Below, piece by piece: positions 18,925 to 30,581 of a stretch of DNA of 64,000 nucleotides. Numbering within the stretch: the stretch's first letter is position 1; every line of letters begins with the position of its first letter. Made by a program: the position numbers and the translations under genes. Where the stretch lies: contig DASXQR010000192.1 of NCBI GenBank assembly GCA_036507075.1, positions 43,901 to 107,900 on the forward strand, read 5' to 3'. The stretch is from Acidobacteriota bacterium (GTDB taxonomy: Bacteria; Acidobacteriota; UBA6911; JACQSX01). Under the pieces are notes generated by a model. That model had not been told where the DNA came from, did not search any database, and saw only the letters and a program-made list of their open reading frames with translations.

Positions 18925-21900
18925 TCAAAAATACAATTTCAACGCAAACTGAATCAGGCGCGGATCGCCGTTCTGACCGGTGATCTGGCCGAAGTTCCCC
19001 GATTCCAGGTTGGTGTTGGGATTGGAAAAGTTCACCGTGTTGAAAACGTTGAAGAACTCCGCCCGGAACTGCAGCTCCCTGGACTCGGATATTTTGAAGT
19101 CCTTGAGCACGCTGAAATCCACCAGCCAGAAGCCGGGACCGCGCAGCCACCTGTTTGGTGTGTTGCCTACCGTCCCCAGCTTGGCCGGCTGGAACAGGCC
19201 GGCAAAGTCATCCTGCGTGAAATAAATCACCCGGCCCTGGGCGTCGCGCTTTGTCTTGCCGATATCGTTTGTGTGTCCGTCCACCTTGGCGCCGGGCACG
19301 AAATCAGGTCTATCGCCACCCTGCCAACTGCTCGACTGCGAGCCATACCCGATCCCAAAGGGAAAGGCAGACGCCACTTCGATGATCGAGCTGACCTGCC
19401 ACCCGCCGATGAACTGATTCATAAAACCGCCGGTGGATCCACCAAAGCGCTTTCCGCGGCCGAAGGGAAGCTCGTAAATGAAATTGCTTTTGAAGTCATG
19501 CGTGACGTCATTTCCCGAAACCGACTTGTCCAGATTGCGCTGGAAGAAATCGGTCACGCTCTGGCCGGTCGGCTGCGTGGTGGATGTAATGTCCAGGTTC
19601 TTACTCAAGGTATAGTTGGCCTGCGCCTGCAGTCCATTCAGGAAACGCCGGCTGAACTGTAACTGCATGCCGTGGTAACTCGAGTAGGCCGCGTTGGAGA
19701 CCAGACGCGGTCCGTTCAGGAACTGGATATTCGGGCGAAAAGCATTGTCCCTCAGGCCAACGGCAAGCGGCAGCCAACCGCGCGGGTCTACACCCGCCGG
19801 CAGCGGCGCCAGTCCCGCGGAAGTCAAAAAAGCGTTGGAGTGAAACAGTGTGCTGGTGTCAAACGCCGCGATGGTGCTGGAAAGGTTGTTGTTTCGTATG
19901 TTTGTTTCCACCTGCTGGTCGAAGGTATTGTTGCCGGCCAGGAAGAGCTTGAATAGAGATTGAGGCGCCAGGCCGGCCAGAGATCCCGGCGCGTACTGGT
20001 TCAGGCTGGAAGCATTGGCCGGCGTGGACCCGTACAACGCGGCGATATTCACCAGGGCATTCGGGTTCACGCTGCCGGGAAGCGGCACGCCCGCCTTCGC
20101 GTAGGCCGCGGCGTTGGTCAGGCTCAAGAGCCCCTGGAGCTGCTGCAGACCGGTGAGTATTTCAGCCGGCGCGCGGAACTGGTTGGCCGGAAGGCCGGCA
20201 AATTCGCTGGCTCCCTTCCTTCCCACGTAGCGAATTTCCACCACCGTGTTCTTTCTGATCTCATGCTGGATGCCGAAAGACCAGCTCTGCGAGTAGGGCG
20301 TCACCAGGTTTTTCTCATAGTCGGAAGGGCTCAAACTGAGGCGCGTGTTGGGAACCGCCTGCAGCGGCTTTTGCGTTTTGCTGATGTCAAGAATGCTGCC
20401 CAGGTTGATGCTGCCGCTGCCGACACTGACTCCCGAGTTGGTGGGAGCGTTCGCCAGATCGGAAAGCCGAGGCGTGCGCGCCAGACCGAAAGCATTGGTC
20501 AGACCAAACAGGCGCGACAGGTCATTGCCGTTGATCTGGCCCGTTCCATTCAAACCGGGCGCCCGGGATTCGATTGTGTCCAGCGTGCGTCCGTAAAGGC
20601 GATCGTAGGAAATCCGATAAGATCCCCGGATTGCGGTCCTATTCTTCCCCCATGGATCCCAGGAGAAGCCCACGATGGGGGCGAAGTTGTTCAGGTCATT
20701 ATTGAAAATCTTTGTTCCGAATTTCGGTCCCACGCGGGTAAAAGAGATCGGCTCGTGCGGGCGGCTGGGATCCAACTGGGTATCGAGCAACTGACGGTTT
20801 TTCGCCAGCACATAGAAGCTGTTTACTTCCCAGGGCACCTGGAACCAGTCGTAGCGCACTCCCAGGTTTAGTGTCAGGCCCCGGCTTACCTTCCAGTCAT
20901 CCTGGAAGAAGAAGCCCCAGTCTCTTTCGCGAAAGCCGCGGGTTTTTCCGGTTCCCAGCGGACCGAACTCACTTTCCGAGATCGCATTGAAGTCAGCCGA
21001 AGCCGAGCCGATACGACCCATCAGGAAATTGAAGAGATCCCCGGCAAGGGCCTGGTTTGCGCTCGGAATCGGATTCGCCCCCGCCGGGTTTCCAAATAAT
21101 TGCGGGAAGTTCACCAGCGCTCCACCTACTCCGGTTTGTACGCTGGAAAAGTTCAGGGAAATCGCATTGTTGCCAATAACCTGATTCAGTGGAGTCGACT
21201 GGAAAGTCATTCCCATCTTCAACGCATGGCTTCCTCGGAGCCACGACAGATTGTCGGTCACCTGGAAAGTCTGCCTCGGGGTTATTTGCAGTTCATCGAT
21301 CCGGAAAGGATTCGTGATGATCCCCGGAGATACGGCCAGCGTTCCCGGCTTGTCAACGGTCACGGAAAAAAGGCGAATATTGCGGCTCAGGCCGATGCGC
21401 ACCTCATTGGTCACTTTTGGCTTCAGGCTGCTGATGATGTTCAATGAATATCCCACCTGGTCTTCCAGCCTGGTGCGCGTTAGTCCGCCGGGAAATGGCG
21501 TGAAGCTCCCGTTAATCACGTCCCCGAATCGATCCAGGCGTCCGTAGTTGGCGCGCGCCGACAGATTGTGCTTGTCGCTGATGAGGTGATCGATCTTGAT
21601 GGTAAACAGGTCGTTTTTAGTTTTTGCCGGGGCGTTGAACCGGTATCCGGCAGTGTTCAAGCCATCCCCGGTGAGCGTGAACGTGTTGGGCAGGGGCGTG
21701 GCGTCGATGATCTTCTTGATCAAACCGGTCGTGTCGCCGCCGATGCCGTCAAAAAATCTTTTGTCGGAGTCAACCATATTCAGGGTCTGGATGCCGGCGA
21801 CGCCGGGCCGGAGCGCGCCGGTAACCGGATCTACCACCACGCGGCTGTTTGAGTTCAGCACCGCGCCCGTATCCGGATTTCGTGTCACCCCGGCGGTGAT

Positions 21901-22941
21901 AAAGCGATACAAGCCCTGGCGCGCCGCACTGGTGAGCACCGTTCGCTCGAGATCGGCCGCCTCAGACTGGCGCATCCCTTCATAATTGAAAAAGAAAAAG
22001 GTGCGGTTCTTGCCCTGATAAAGTCCCGGGATAACGACAGGGCCGCCGATGGTGCCTCCAAACTGATTGCGCAGCAGGGGCGTGCGTTCGACCTTGACCG
22101 GGCTGGCATTGTTGAAGAAGGTGTTCGCGTTGAGCACCGTGCCGCGATAAAACTCGTAGACACTTCCTTTCACCTTGTTGGTCCCCGACTTGGTCACGAT
22201 GTTCACCTGGAAACCGGACGCGCGGCCGTACTCCGCGCCCGGATTGCCGGTAATTACGCGGAACTCCTCGACCGTGTCCACCGATGGCAGAACATCGGTT
22301 GCGATCAGAATTCCCGAAGTGCTTCCCGTTCCCAGTTCCCCGTTGGTAATGTTGACACCGTCCATGTAGAGAACATTGTTGACCGTGCGGGCTCCGTTGG
22401 CCGAAAGGCCGCCCGTGGAGGACTGCCGGTTGTTGCCCGCCATTCCGGGCTGAAGGAAGATCAGCTCGATGGGCAATCTGCCGTTCAGCGGCAGGTCCTT
22501 TATCTTTCTTTCGAACACCACATCCCCAAGATCCGACGTGCCCAACTGGATCTGCTGCACCGAATCGGCCTTGACGGTCACCGCTTCGGTGATTTCGCCG
22601 ACAGTCAAGGTAAAGTTCAGGGTCTTGGTGGTGGCGACTTCCAATCGGAAGTCTGTCACTGCCGTCTTCTTGAAGCCGGGAAGCTCCGCGCTGATGGTGT
22701 AGGTGCCAGGAGGAAGAAACGGGAACACATAGAGGCCCGAATCGTTGGTGTAGCTCTCGGCAGCCACATTGGTTTCCTGGTTGGTTGCCACCACCAGCAC
22801 TCCGGGAATGACCGCCTTGCTGGGGTCACTGACCGTCCCTTCCAGCTTGGAGCCCCGCTGCTGGGCCAGAACTACGGCGCATGCGACGGCCGCCACAAGG
22901 ATAAACGTAATCGCGCGGGGGCAGAGTTTTGAAAGAAACAT
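18925..22941 (-). CDS. TonB-dependent receptor with N-terminal carboxypeptidase-regulatory-like domain
   Basis: GTVSDPSKAVIPG, LPLNGR, AEYGR, TKSGTN, NQFGG, QDDWK, C-terminal RLIQFALKLYF; ATG at 22941 with GAGGA RBS. Confidence 0.93.
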   Translation of the reverse strand: MFLSKLCPRAITFILVAAVACAVVLAQQRGSKLEGTVSDPSKAVIPGVLVVATNQETNVAAESYTNDSGLYVFPFLPPGTYTISAELPGFKKTAVTDFRLEVATTKTLNFTLTVGEITEAVTVKADSVQQIQLGTSDLGDVVFERKIKDLPLNGRLPIELIFLQPGMAGNNRQSSTGGLSANGARTVNNVLYMDGVNITNGELGTGSTSGILIATDVLPSVDTVEEFRVITGNPGAEYGRASGFQVNIVTKSGTNKVKGSVYEFYRGTVLNANTFFNNASPVKVERTPLLRNQFGGTIGGPVVIPGLYQGKNRTFFFFNYEGMRQSEAADLERTVLTSAARQGLYRFITAGVTRNPDTGAVLNSNSRVVVDPVTGALRPGVAGIQTLNMVDSDKRFFDGIGGDTTGLIKKIIDATPLPNTFTLTGDGLNTAGYRFNAPAKTKNDLFTIKIDHLISDKHNLSARANYGRLDRFGDVINGSFTPFPGGLTRTRLEDQVGYSLNIISSLKPKVTNEVRIGLSRNIRLFSVTVDKPGTLAVSPGIITNPFRIDELQITPRQTFQVTDNLSWLRGSHALKMGMTFQSTPLNQVIGNNAISLNFSSVQTGVGGALVNFPQLFGNPAGANPIPSANQALAGDLFNFLMGRIGSASADFNAISESEFGPLGTGKTRGFRERDWGFFFQDDWKVSRGLTLNLGVRYDWFQVPWEVNSFYVLAKNRQLLDTQLDPSRPHEPISFTRVGPKFGTKIFNNDLNNFAPIVGFSWDPWGKNRTAIRGSYRISYDRLYGRTLDTIESRAPGLNGTGQINGNDLSRLFGLTNAFGLARTPRLSDLANAPTNSGVSVGSGSINLGSILDISKTQKPLQAVPNTRLSLSPSDYEKNLVTPYSQSWSFGIQHEIRKNTVVEIRYVGRKGASEFAGLPANQFRAPAEILTGLQQLQGLLSLTNAAAYAKAGVPLPGSVNPNALVNIAALYGSTPANASSLNQYAPGSLAGLAPQSLFKLFLAGNNTFDQQVETNIRNNNLSSTIAAFDTSTLFHSNAFLTSAGLAPLPAGVDPRGWLPLAVGLRDNAFRPNIQFLNGPRLVSNAAYSSYHGMQLQFSRRFLNGLQAQANYTLSKNLDITSTTQPTGQSVTDFFQRNLDKSVSGNDVTHDFKSNFIYELPFGRGKRFGGSTGGFMNQFIGGWQVSSIIEVASAFPFGIGYGSQSSSWQGGDRPDFVPGAKVDGHTNDIGKTKRDAQGRVIYFTQDDFAGLFQPAKLGTVGNTPNRWLRGPGFWLVDFSVLKDFKISESRELQFRAEFFNVFNTVNFSNPNTNLESGNFGQITGQNGDPRLIQFALKLYF

Positions 22942-23041
22942 CGGGTCCTCCTGTCTGGTGCCGGATGATTCGCCATAGTGTAAAACTTCCCCGGGGGATC
23001 TGACGAGGATTTTGTTGTGGTGCGGATTGCGCCCGGAATTT

Positions 23042-23208
23042 GATTCATCACGGAGGCACAGCCCGGCCGTTAGCCGCAACCAAAAAGCCGTCGAAGCCGC
23101 AACCAAAAGTCAAGGAGAGACGGCCTGAGGGCCGTCTCTCTGCGGTGCCTTGCCAAGCTGAGACGGCCCTCAGGCCGTCTCTCCGCTCCCGTGTCTTTGT
23201 GGTGAATC
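23042..23208. repeat. Composite nested element
   Basis: Outer ttcatcacggaggcac / gtgtctttgtggtgaa, two GCCGCAACCAAA copies, inner inverted REP pair GGAGAGACGGCCTGAGGGCCGTCTC / GAGACGGCCCTCAGGCCGTCTCTCC. Confidence 0.8.
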
Positions 23209-23975
23209 TACTGCGCCACCATGCCGCCATCGATAGGCAGGGCGTGTCCGGTGATAAAGGACGCATGCTCCGAGCAAAGCCAGACAACCGCATCCGCGAC
23301 TTCCTCGGGCCTTCCGACTCTGCCGAGTGGATGCAGGGCCGTTACCCGCTGCTTAGCTTCGGGATCGTCGGTAAAGAGCCGCTCAGCCATGGGAGTAATG
23401 ATGACAGCCGGGCAAACGGCATTCACCCGAAGTCCCTGCGCGGCATATTCGATTGCGGCGGTGCGGGTCAGTCCGACGACACCATGTTTGCTGGCATGGT
23501 AACCGGCTCCGATGGGACCACCGATCAACCCGGCCACCGAAGACATGTTTACGATGGCTCCCTTCTGCTTGAGAATGTGCGGAATTTCGTACTTCATCGA
23601 GAGCCATACGCCCGTCAAATTAATACTGATAACCTGGTCCCACGTTTCTTCTGTGTAATCGGCCGTCGGCACAAACGCGGTTCCTTCAATCCCTGCATTG
23701 TTAAAGGCAAAATCGAGGCGGCCGTAAGTCGAGGCGGCTTTCGCGACCATGTCGCGCACCTCAGAGGCCCGGGCAACGTCGGCCTGGACAAAAATTGCTT
23801 CGCCTCCGGAATCGCGGATCAGCGCAATTGTTTCTTCGCCTTCACGGCCCCGCCGCGCGGCCACCACTACCCTGGCGCCCTTTCGAGCAAACGCCAAAGC
23901 TCCCGCCCTGCCGATTCCCGTGCTTCCCCCAGTGACCAAAGCAACTTTACCGTCGAATTCCTTATCCATTTTCAT
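23208..23975 (-). CDS. Short-chain dehydrogenase/reductase (glucose 1-dehydrogenase-like)
   Basis: TGGSTGIG, NNAG, YHASK, NAVCP. Confidence 0.93.
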   Translation of the reverse strand: MKMDKEFDGKVALVTGGSTGIGRAGALAFARKGARVVVAARRGREGEETIALIRDSGGEAIFVQADVARASEVRDMVAKAASTYGRLDFAFNNAGIEGTAFVPTADYTEETWDQVISINLTGVWLSMKYEIPHILKQKGAIVNMSSVAGLIGGPIGAGYHASKHGVVGLTRTAAIEYAAQGLRVNAVCPAVIITPMAERLFTDDPEAKQRVTALHPLGRVGRPEEVADAVVWLCSEHASFITGHALPIDGGMVAQ

Positions 23976-24025
23976 ATCCCCCGAGAAATGCCCCCAGATT
24001 GTGATAACAGCGTCACCTGCATGCG

Positions 24026-24232
24026 AAGCACAGAGCCACGTCCCGCAAGGGCGTGGCCAAAACAACGGAAGTCGGCTCGTCGTTCACCGAACTTGGTGCC
24101 AAGCCGGTTACGACACGTCTGACAGACCTTGGCGGATTCTGATCGCTAGGCGATAAGAAACGCAATCGCCAGCCGGGTCGAAGCCGACCAGTATGGGTCC
24201 CGCCACGCCCTTGCGGGACGTGGCTCCGTGCT
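24026..24232. repeat. Inverted REP pair (about 30 bp arms, about 145 bp spacer)
   Basis: GCACAGAGCCACGTCCCGCAAGGGCGTGGC versus GCCACGCCCTTGCGGGACGTGGCTCCGTGC; each arm is itself a GCAA-loop hairpin. Confidence 0.8.
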
Positions 24233-24330
24233 CTGCGTGCCCGGGTTGTCGAGAGCGAATGATTTCCACGAGCGTTCACCGTCCGTCTCTGCGAAAATAT
24301 CACGCTGCCGCAAAACACGAGGAGTCTGAA

Positions 24331-25962
24331 ATGCAAACGAGATACAAATCGCTTTTCTTGCCGATGGTTGTTGCACTGCTTGCAGGAAGTATTGCGACCC
24401 ACTCCGTTTCGGCCGCAGGAGAACAAGCACGGGCGGCGGTGGGCGATTCTTCGCCATCAGGAGAACTTTCGGCGCTTCGCCGCCAAGTCGAGATGCAGCA
24501 GCAACAAATCGACCGGCTGGCAGCCGCGCTGCAGGAACAGAAGGAACTATTGCGGCGTGTCCTCGACCGCGTGGATCCGTCTGTCGACATGACACGACCG
24601 GCGCCGGCGGTTTTCAGTCGCGTCGCCGGGCCGGCAACTGTCGAGCCGGCGAGCTTCGAGTCCGGATCCCTTCCCCAGTCACAGGCAGATGTCAAGCAGG
24701 CGGCGACGCCCGTCGACACGCTGTCCAAGCGGGTCGATGAATTGTCGCGCGGCCTGGGGGGGTTCAGGTTCAGCGGTGATTTCCGGTACAGGTTCGACAT
24801 TCAGTTGCGTGAAGGAAATCCAGTTGCGGTCCCGCTGCAGAACATTCGCGGCCGCTATCGCCTGCGACTCAATGTCGACAAGGAGCTGGATTCGAAACTG
24901 CGGTTTCACGCGCAGCTTTCCACCAGCCCGCTCAACAACGGAATCACCAACGACCAGGATTTCGGGGCCACGGTTGCAAAGCACCCCTTCTCTATCGCCG
25001 AAGCGTTTATCGATTTTCACCCCAATTCCGCCCTTTCGATACGCGGCGGAAGAATGGAGGAAATTTTCGCCGACAATATGAGATTCTTGTGGGACGACGA
25101 TGTGCGGTTCAACGGCTTCCAGCAGATCGCCAGGGCGCAGCTTCGATCCAAGGGACTCGGCTTGAAAACACTCGAATTTCGGAACGCTGTTTATTTCCTG
25201 AGCAACCCGAATGTGGCCATCCTGGCGCCCAACTCTCCCTTTGTTCAGGCGGGTTTTACTCCGGGAACAAAAGTCCGGGATGCCATGCTGTTTCACCCGG
25301 GAGCGGTCGCGCGCGCCGATTTGAGCAATCGATGGAGCCTGCAACTGACCGGCGACATCCAGCTATACCGCAACCCAAATCAGATCCAACTCGCATCGCT
25401 GGCAAATGGATTTCCTGTCCTGGTCAACAACACGCTCGGCATTGCCCTGGCCGGCCCGATGACCGGGCTGGGGAATGCGACAACCACTCCCGGAGGGGCG
25501 ATTTACAGCGCTCCCCATTTCCAGATTGTGCGACTGGCCGGAAGGCTGGAAAGCAAGGGAGTCAGAGTCGGCGGTCGAGAGATGCCTCTCTGGTTTGACG
25601 TGCAGGCGACGAGAAATGTCGGCACCAGCCGCCTGCGTGACGCAATCATGGGATCTGTGAACCTGGGATCGATCAGAGAACGCTGGGACAGGTCCTTCCT
25701 TTACCAGTACGCGATCAAAGATGCCAATTCCCTGATATCACAATTTACCGATGACGACCTGGGCACCGGCACCGGTGTAAACATCGGCGTGCACGCGTTC
25801 CGTTTTGATCTCGGCCTGGCTCGCTTTCTCCAATGGCAGAATCTGTTCTTCCTGCAGAACGAGCGCCGGGCCAGCAATCCCGCCGAGCATTTGTTCCTCC
25901 CGCTGCAGCGCGGAGCGAAGACAACGTACCGGTATCTTGGGCAGTTGGCGTTTACTTTCTAA
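24331..25962 (+). CDS. Putative outer-membrane porin with N-terminal coiled coil
   Basis: Signal peptide, LRRQVEMQQQQIDRL coil, FSGDFRYRFD, RYRLRL, C-terminal QLAFTF; GAGGAG RBS. Confidence 0.8.
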   Translation: MQTRYKSLFLPMVVALLAGSIATHSVSAAGEQARAAVGDSSPSGELSALRRQVEMQQQQIDRLAAALQEQKELLRRVLDRVDPSVDMTRPAPAVFSRVAGPATVEPASFESGSLPQSQADVKQAATPVDTLSKRVDELSRGLGGFRFSGDFRYRFDIQLREGNPVAVPLQNIRGRYRLRLNVDKELDSKLRFHAQLSTSPLNNGITNDQDFGATVAKHPFSIAEAFIDFHPNSALSIRGGRMEEIFADNMRFLWDDDVRFNGFQQIARAQLRSKGLGLKTLEFRNAVYFLSNPNVAILAPNSPFVQAGFTPGTKVRDAMLFHPGAVARADLSNRWSLQLTGDIQLYRNPNQIQLASLANGFPVLVNNTLGIALAGPMTGLGNATTTPGGAIYSAPHFQIVRLAGRLESKGVRVGGREMPLWFDVQATRNVGTSRLRDAIMGSVNLGSIRERWDRSFLYQYAIKDANSLISQFTDDDLGTGTGVNIGVHAFRFDLGLARFLQWQNLFFLQNERRASNPAEHLFLPLQRGAKTTYRYLGQLAFTF

Positions 25963-25970
25963 AATTGCGG

Positions 25971-26022
25971 GCCTGGCTTGGTGCCTTGGTGGTTTGATTT
26001 TTTTAAACCACCAAGACACCAA
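25971..26022. repeat. Approx. 50 bp hairpin element (copy 1 of 3 in the efflux operon)
   Basis: ctggcttggtgccttggtggtttgatttttttaaaccaccaagacaccaa. Confidence 0.8.
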
Positions 26023-26041
26023 CCTGCCAAACTTTGGGACT

Positions 26042-27439
26042 ATGACAACAACACGTTTTCTTCTGATCACATTTCTGGCAAGCACGACCCTGATGGCACA
26101 GCAGACCGTATCACCCCCACTGCAGCTTGGACGGGCCGTGGAGCTCGCATTGGAGAACTATCCCTCCATGAAGGCTGCCCAGGCCCAGATTTCCTCTGCG
26201 ACTGCAGGGATCGAATTGTCGCGTACCGCCTATCTGCCAAGAACAGATCTACTCTGGCAGGAAAATCGGGCGACCCATAACAACGTTTTTGGGTTGCTTC
26301 TGCCGCAGTCTACGATTCCAGCCATCTCGGGGCCGGTCCTGGGAAGCAAGCCTCTCGCAGGCGACTGGGGGAGCGCAGGGGGACTGCTTTTTTCCTGGGA
26401 ACCTTTCGATTTTGGATTTCGCAGGGCCAACGTGGACGCGGCCAAGGCTCTCAAGGAGCAGGCCGACTCCGGAATGGCGGTAGTGCGGCTGAACGTGGCA
26501 ACGACGGCAGCAGATGCTTTCATGGGAGTGGTGGCGGCCGATGAGATAGTGCGCGCGGCCGAGGCGAACGTGCAGCGGATGAGCGTTTTTGCCGAGAGCG
26601 TGCACGTCCTGGTCCGAAATGAGCTTCGCCCGGGCGTTGAGTCTTCGCGAGCCAATGCGGAACTGGCGGCTGCCAGAAACCAATTGATCCAGGCGCAGCA
26701 ATTGGCCCAGGTGAATCGCACCAATCTGGCGGAAGCCATCGGTCAGGCGGAGGCATTTTTGCAAATTGACCCGGGGCCTCTGCTGGCAGCGCCCGCCGAA
26801 ATCGGCGCCCCAACCGCGGATGTGACAAAGCACCCCCTGGCCCTGAGCCAGGAGAGCGCCAGAGAAGCGGCGCGCGCAAGAGAACGCGCGCTGAGCCGCT
26901 CTTATTTCCCGCGCTTCAATTTCCAAACGGCCTTCTATGGTCGCGGGACGGGCGCGGATTTGAGCGGTATTGTCAACAGATCGGAAGGGCTTCTGCCCGA
27001 CACCCCCAACTGGGCAAGCGGCCTGACGCTGACGTTTGATCCCTTCAGTCTTTTTTCGCTGCGCGCCCGGCAGAAAGTAGAAGCAGGAAATGAAGCACTG
27101 GAAAGTGCCCGTTATGATCAGGTCGTGCAGTCACTGAAGGCCCAGGATGCGCGTGCTCGAGCGACGCTGGAAGCGGCTCAAAAAATTGCCGCAAACACCC
27201 CAGTTCAACTGGAGGCTGCCCGCGAAACTGAAATACGAGCCCGGGTGCGGTACGAGGCCGGACTGGCGAATATAATCGAAGTGGCGGATGCACAACGGCT
27301 GCTCGCTCAGGCCGAAATAGATCATGCGGTCGCCAGGCTGAATGTATGGCGGGCTCTTTTGGCGCTGGCCAGAGCGCAAGGTGATCTCAAGCCATTCCTG
27401 CAGCCGTTTTCCACGGCGACGTCTCAAGGGAGCAAATAG
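26042..27439 (+). CDS. TolC family outer-membrane factor
   Basis: AVELALENYP, AYLP, FDFG, RYEAGL..IEVADAQ; signal peptide from the ATG at 26042. Confidence 0.9.
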   Translation: MTTTRFLLITFLASTTLMAQQTVSPPLQLGRAVELALENYPSMKAAQAQISSATAGIELSRTAYLPRTDLLWQENRATHNNVFGLLLPQSTIPAISGPVLGSKPLAGDWGSAGGLLFSWEPFDFGFRRANVDAAKALKEQADSGMAVVRLNVATTAADAFMGVVAADEIVRAAEANVQRMSVFAESVHVLVRNELRPGVESSRANAELAAARNQLIQAQQLAQVNRTNLAEAIGQAEAFLQIDPGPLLAAPAEIGAPTADVTKHPLALSQESAREAARARERALSRSYFPRFNFQTAFYGRGTGADLSGIVNRSEGLLPDTPNWASGLTLTFDPFSLFSLRARQKVEAGNEALESARYDQVVQSLKAQDARARATLEAAQKIAANTPVQLEAARETEIRARVRYEAGLANIIEVADAQRLLAQAEIDHAVARLNVWRALLALARAQGDLKPFLQPFSTATSQGSK

Positions 27440-30400
27440 ATGTGGCTTATCAATATCGCGATGCGGCGGCCGCTCACCATTCTGGTGGCGGTCATTGCCG
27501 TGGTTCTGTGCTCTGTGCTGGCACTGCTTCGCATGCCGATCGACATCTTCCCCAATTTGAATCTACCCGTCATCTACGTGGCTCAACCCTATGGTGGAAT
27601 GGATCCCGCCCAGATGGAGGGCTTCCTGGTTTCCTACTACGAGTATCACTTTCTATACATCACCGGAATCGAGCACGTTGAATCCAAATCGATCCAGAAT
27701 GTCGGTCTCCTCAAGCTTTATTTCCACCCGGGAACGGACATGAGCCAGGCCCTGGCGCAGACAATCGCCTATGTGGAACGCTCGCGCGCGTTCATGCCTC
27801 CGGGCACGGTGTCTCCGTTCGTAGTACGATTTGACGCAGGCAGCGTTCCGGTGGGCCAACTGGTCTTTTCCAGCGAGACGCGAGGCGTGGCCGAAATTCA
27901 GGATCTGGCGCTGTTCCGCGTCCGTCCTATGTTTTCCACGCTGCCGGGCGTTTCGGCCCCGCCGCCGTTTGGAGGAAACCAGCGCACGGTGGTCATCCGT
28001 GTGGATCCCGATCGGCTGCGCGCCTACCAGATGTCGCCTGAAGAAGTCATCCGGGCCGTAAGTTCGGGAAACGTCATACTGCCGGCGGGCAATGTTCGTA
28101 CGGGCGATCTCAACCGTCTGGCGCCGATCAATTCCGTCGTCTCCCAGATTCAGGAGCTGGGCAACATTCCGATCCGGACTGGCGCCGGACCGGCTGTCTT
28201 TCTGAGAGACATTGGAACAGTTGAAAACAGCAGTGACATTCTTACCGGATATGCGCTGGTGAACGGAAAGAGAACGGTCTACATACCGGTCACCAAGCGT
28301 GCCGACGCCTCGACTCTGGAGGTAGTCAAGCGGGTCAAGGCAGCGCTGCCCAGAATGCAGGCGGCTATTCCGGATGACATCAGGGTCAGTTTCGAGTTTG
28401 ACCAGTCCGGCTATGTGAAGAATGCCGTTCGGGGCGTAGTCGTTGAAGGAGTATTGGGAGCGTTGCTCACAGGACTGATGGTCTTGCTCTTCCTCAGAGA
28501 TATCCGCAGTGCTCTCATCGTAGTCATCACCATTCCGGTTGCGCTGCTCGCGGCGGTTGTCGGGCTGTGGCTCTCCGGTCAAACGATCAATATCATGACT
28601 CTCGGCGGCCTGGCACTGGCGATCGGCATTCTGGTGGATGAGTCCACCGTCGCCATTGAGAATATTCACACCCATCTTGCGGCGGGCGAAGCTTTACCGC
28701 TGGCGGTGTTTCGCGCCGGCCGCGAGACCATGACCCCCCTGCTGCTGGCCATGCTCTCTGTTTTGGCGGTGTTCGTGCCTTCATTTTTTATGGTCGGGGT
28801 TACACGGGCTCTTTTTGTGCCTCTCTCCTTGGCCGTCGCCTTCGCGATGCTCGCTTCGTATTTGCTTTCCAGCACGCTCGTGCCCGTGCTCTCCTGCCGG
28901 CTCCTGGGAAAGAACCGGGTTGTTCACAGTGCTCCCTTTTTTCAGAGGATGCAACGAGCTTACGGCAGACAATTGGACCGCTGCATGCGGCTCGGCTGGG
29001 CGCTGATAGGTTCCTACGCGCTGGTGGCGGCGGCAGGAGTATTGATCATTCTGCGGTTCATTGGCACAGATATTTTTCCATCAGTGGACACGGGGCTCTT
29101 TCAGCTCAGGTTGCGAGCTCCCACTGGAACTCGAGTGGAACGAACGGAGTTGATCCTGTTAAAGGCTTTGGACTTGATGCGCGACGAGATCGGCCCGGAC
29201 AACCTCTCAATGACACTGGCGTTTGTCGGGACCCAGCCTGCCAGCTATCCGGTCAACACCATCCATCTTTGGACCAGCGGTCCGCAGGAGGCGGTTCTTC
29301 TGGTTGCCGTGCGCCGAGGAGCGCACGTCAAGGTGGAGGATTTAAAGGAGCGGCTGAGGCACAGGCTTTCACAATCTTTACCCGACACCACGCTTTCCTT
29401 TGAAGCTGGAGACGTGGTCAGCCAGATCATGAACTTCGGATCTCCCACTCCGATTCAAGTTGATGTGAACGGGCCCAATCTCGATGCTGACCGCGCCTTT
29501 GCATCAAAGATCATGAATGAGCTTAAGAGAATCTCGTCGCTGCGGGATCTTCAGTACGCGCAACCGCTGGACTATCCAACGATCGATATAAAAATAGACC
29601 GTGAGCGTGCGGGACAACTCGGGGTTACCGTCGAACAGGTCGGTCGAGCCCTTGTCGCCGCCACATCTTCCAGCCGATTTGTGCAGCCCAATTACTGGCG
29701 CGATCCGTCCACCGGCGTCGCTTATCAGGTACAGATCGAAATTCCGCAATCCAGAATGACTTCCCTGGAAGATGTGGAAAGTATCCCGGCCGTGCCGGCA
29801 GGCGGAGGACGCTTGCAGGTGGGTGATGTGGCTCAGGTGAGCTACGGAACGATGCCCGGCGAATACGACCGCTACAACCAGCAGCGTATGGTAAGTATCA
29901 CCGCGAATATTGCGGGCACGGATTTGGGGACGGCCGCAGGCAAGGTTGCCAGCGCAGTGGAACGGGCGGGTGAACCACCGAAAGCCACAACCGTCAATAT
30001 TCGGGGACAGGTGCCGACGATGAAAGACACACTCTTCTGGCTGGCGGTCGGGCTGGCCCTTGCCGTGGTCGTTATTCTCCTGTTGCTGGCCGCCAATTTT
30101 CAATCCACGCGCCTGCCGCTGGTAGTGCTTTCGACCGTGCCTGCCGTGCTCTTCGGCGTGGTGCTCGCGCTCTGGCTGACGCGCACGACTCTAAATGTTC
30201 AGTCCTTCATGGGGGCCATCATGGCCGTGGGCGTATCGGTGGCGAATGCGATTTTGCTCGTTACCTTCGCGGAAACGTCCAGGCGGCAGGGCCGTACCGC
30301 CGCACAGGGTGCAAGAGAAGCGGCGTTTACCCGGCTCCGGCCGATCCTGATGACCACGGCTGCCATGATCGCGGGAATGATTCCTATGTCATTGGGTCTG

Positions 30401-30571
30401 GGAGAAGGCGGTGAGCAAACGGCGCCGCTGGCCCGGGCTGTTATCGGCGGCCTGGCGGCATCGACCGTGAGTGTACTTTTCGTTCTTCCTCTGGTGTTTT
30501 CAGTCGCGCAGGAGCGGGCAGGCAGGGATTCGACCTCAGTTCATCCGGAGGATCTTGGCATGATTGCCTAG
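27440..30571 (+). CDS. RND efflux permease subunit
   Basis: [35 protein letters not shown]; 1043 aa. Confidence 0.95.
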   Translation: MWLINIAMRRPLTILVAVIAVVLCSVLALLRMPIDIFPNLNLPVIYVAQPYGGMDPAQMEGFLVSYYEYHFLYITGIEHVESKSIQNVGLLKLYFHPGTDMSQALAQTIAYVERSRAFMPPGTVSPFVVRFDAGSVPVGQLVFSSETRGVAEIQDLALFRVRPMFSTLPGVSAPPPFGGNQRTVVIRVDPDRLRAYQMSPEEVIRAVSSGNVILPAGNVRTGDLNRLAPINSVVSQIQELGNIPIRTGAGPAVFLRDIGTVENSSDILTGYALVNGKRTVYIPVTKRADASTLEVVKRVKAALPRMQAAIPDDIRVSFEFDQSGYVKNAVRGVVVEGVLGALLTGLMVLLFLRDIRSALIVVITIPVALLAAVVGLWLSGQTINIMTLGGLALAIGILVDESTVAIENIHTHLAAGEALPLAVFRAGRETMTPLLLAMLSVLAVFVPSFFMVGVTRALFVPLSLAVAFAMLASYLLSSTLVPVLSCRLLGKNRVVHSAPFFQRMQRAYGRQLDRCMRLGWALIGSYALVAAAGVLIILRFIGTDIFPSVDTGLFQLRLRAPTGTRVERTELILLKALDLMRDEIGPDNLSMTLAFVGTQPASYPVNTIHLWTSGPQEAVLLVAVRRGAHVKVEDLKERLRHRLSQSLPDTTLSFEAGDVVSQIMNFGSPTPIQVDVNGPNLDADRAFASKIMNELKRISSLRDLQYAQPLDYPTIDIKIDRERAGQLGVTVEQVGRALVAATSSSRFVQPNYWRDPSTGVAYQVQIEIPQSRMTSLEDVESIPAVPAGGGRLQVGDVAQVSYGTMPGEYDRYNQQRMVSITANIAGTDLGTAAGKVASAVERAGEPPKATTVNIRGQVPTMKDTLFWLAVGLALAVVVILLLLAANFQSTRLPLVVLSTVPAVLFGVVLALWLTRTTLNVQSFMGAIMAVGVSVANAILLVTFAETSRRQGRTAAQGAREAAFTRLRPILMTTAAMIAGMIPMSLGLGEGGEQTAPLARAVIGGLAASTVSVLFVLPLVFSVAQERAGRDSTSVHPEDLGMIA

Positions 30572-30581
30572 AAGCTGCCAA

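Noticed and set aside
24058..24200. Spacer between the REP pair as a RAYT transposase remnant
   Set aside because: Too short, and no HUH or catalytic Tyr motif was recognisable in any frame.
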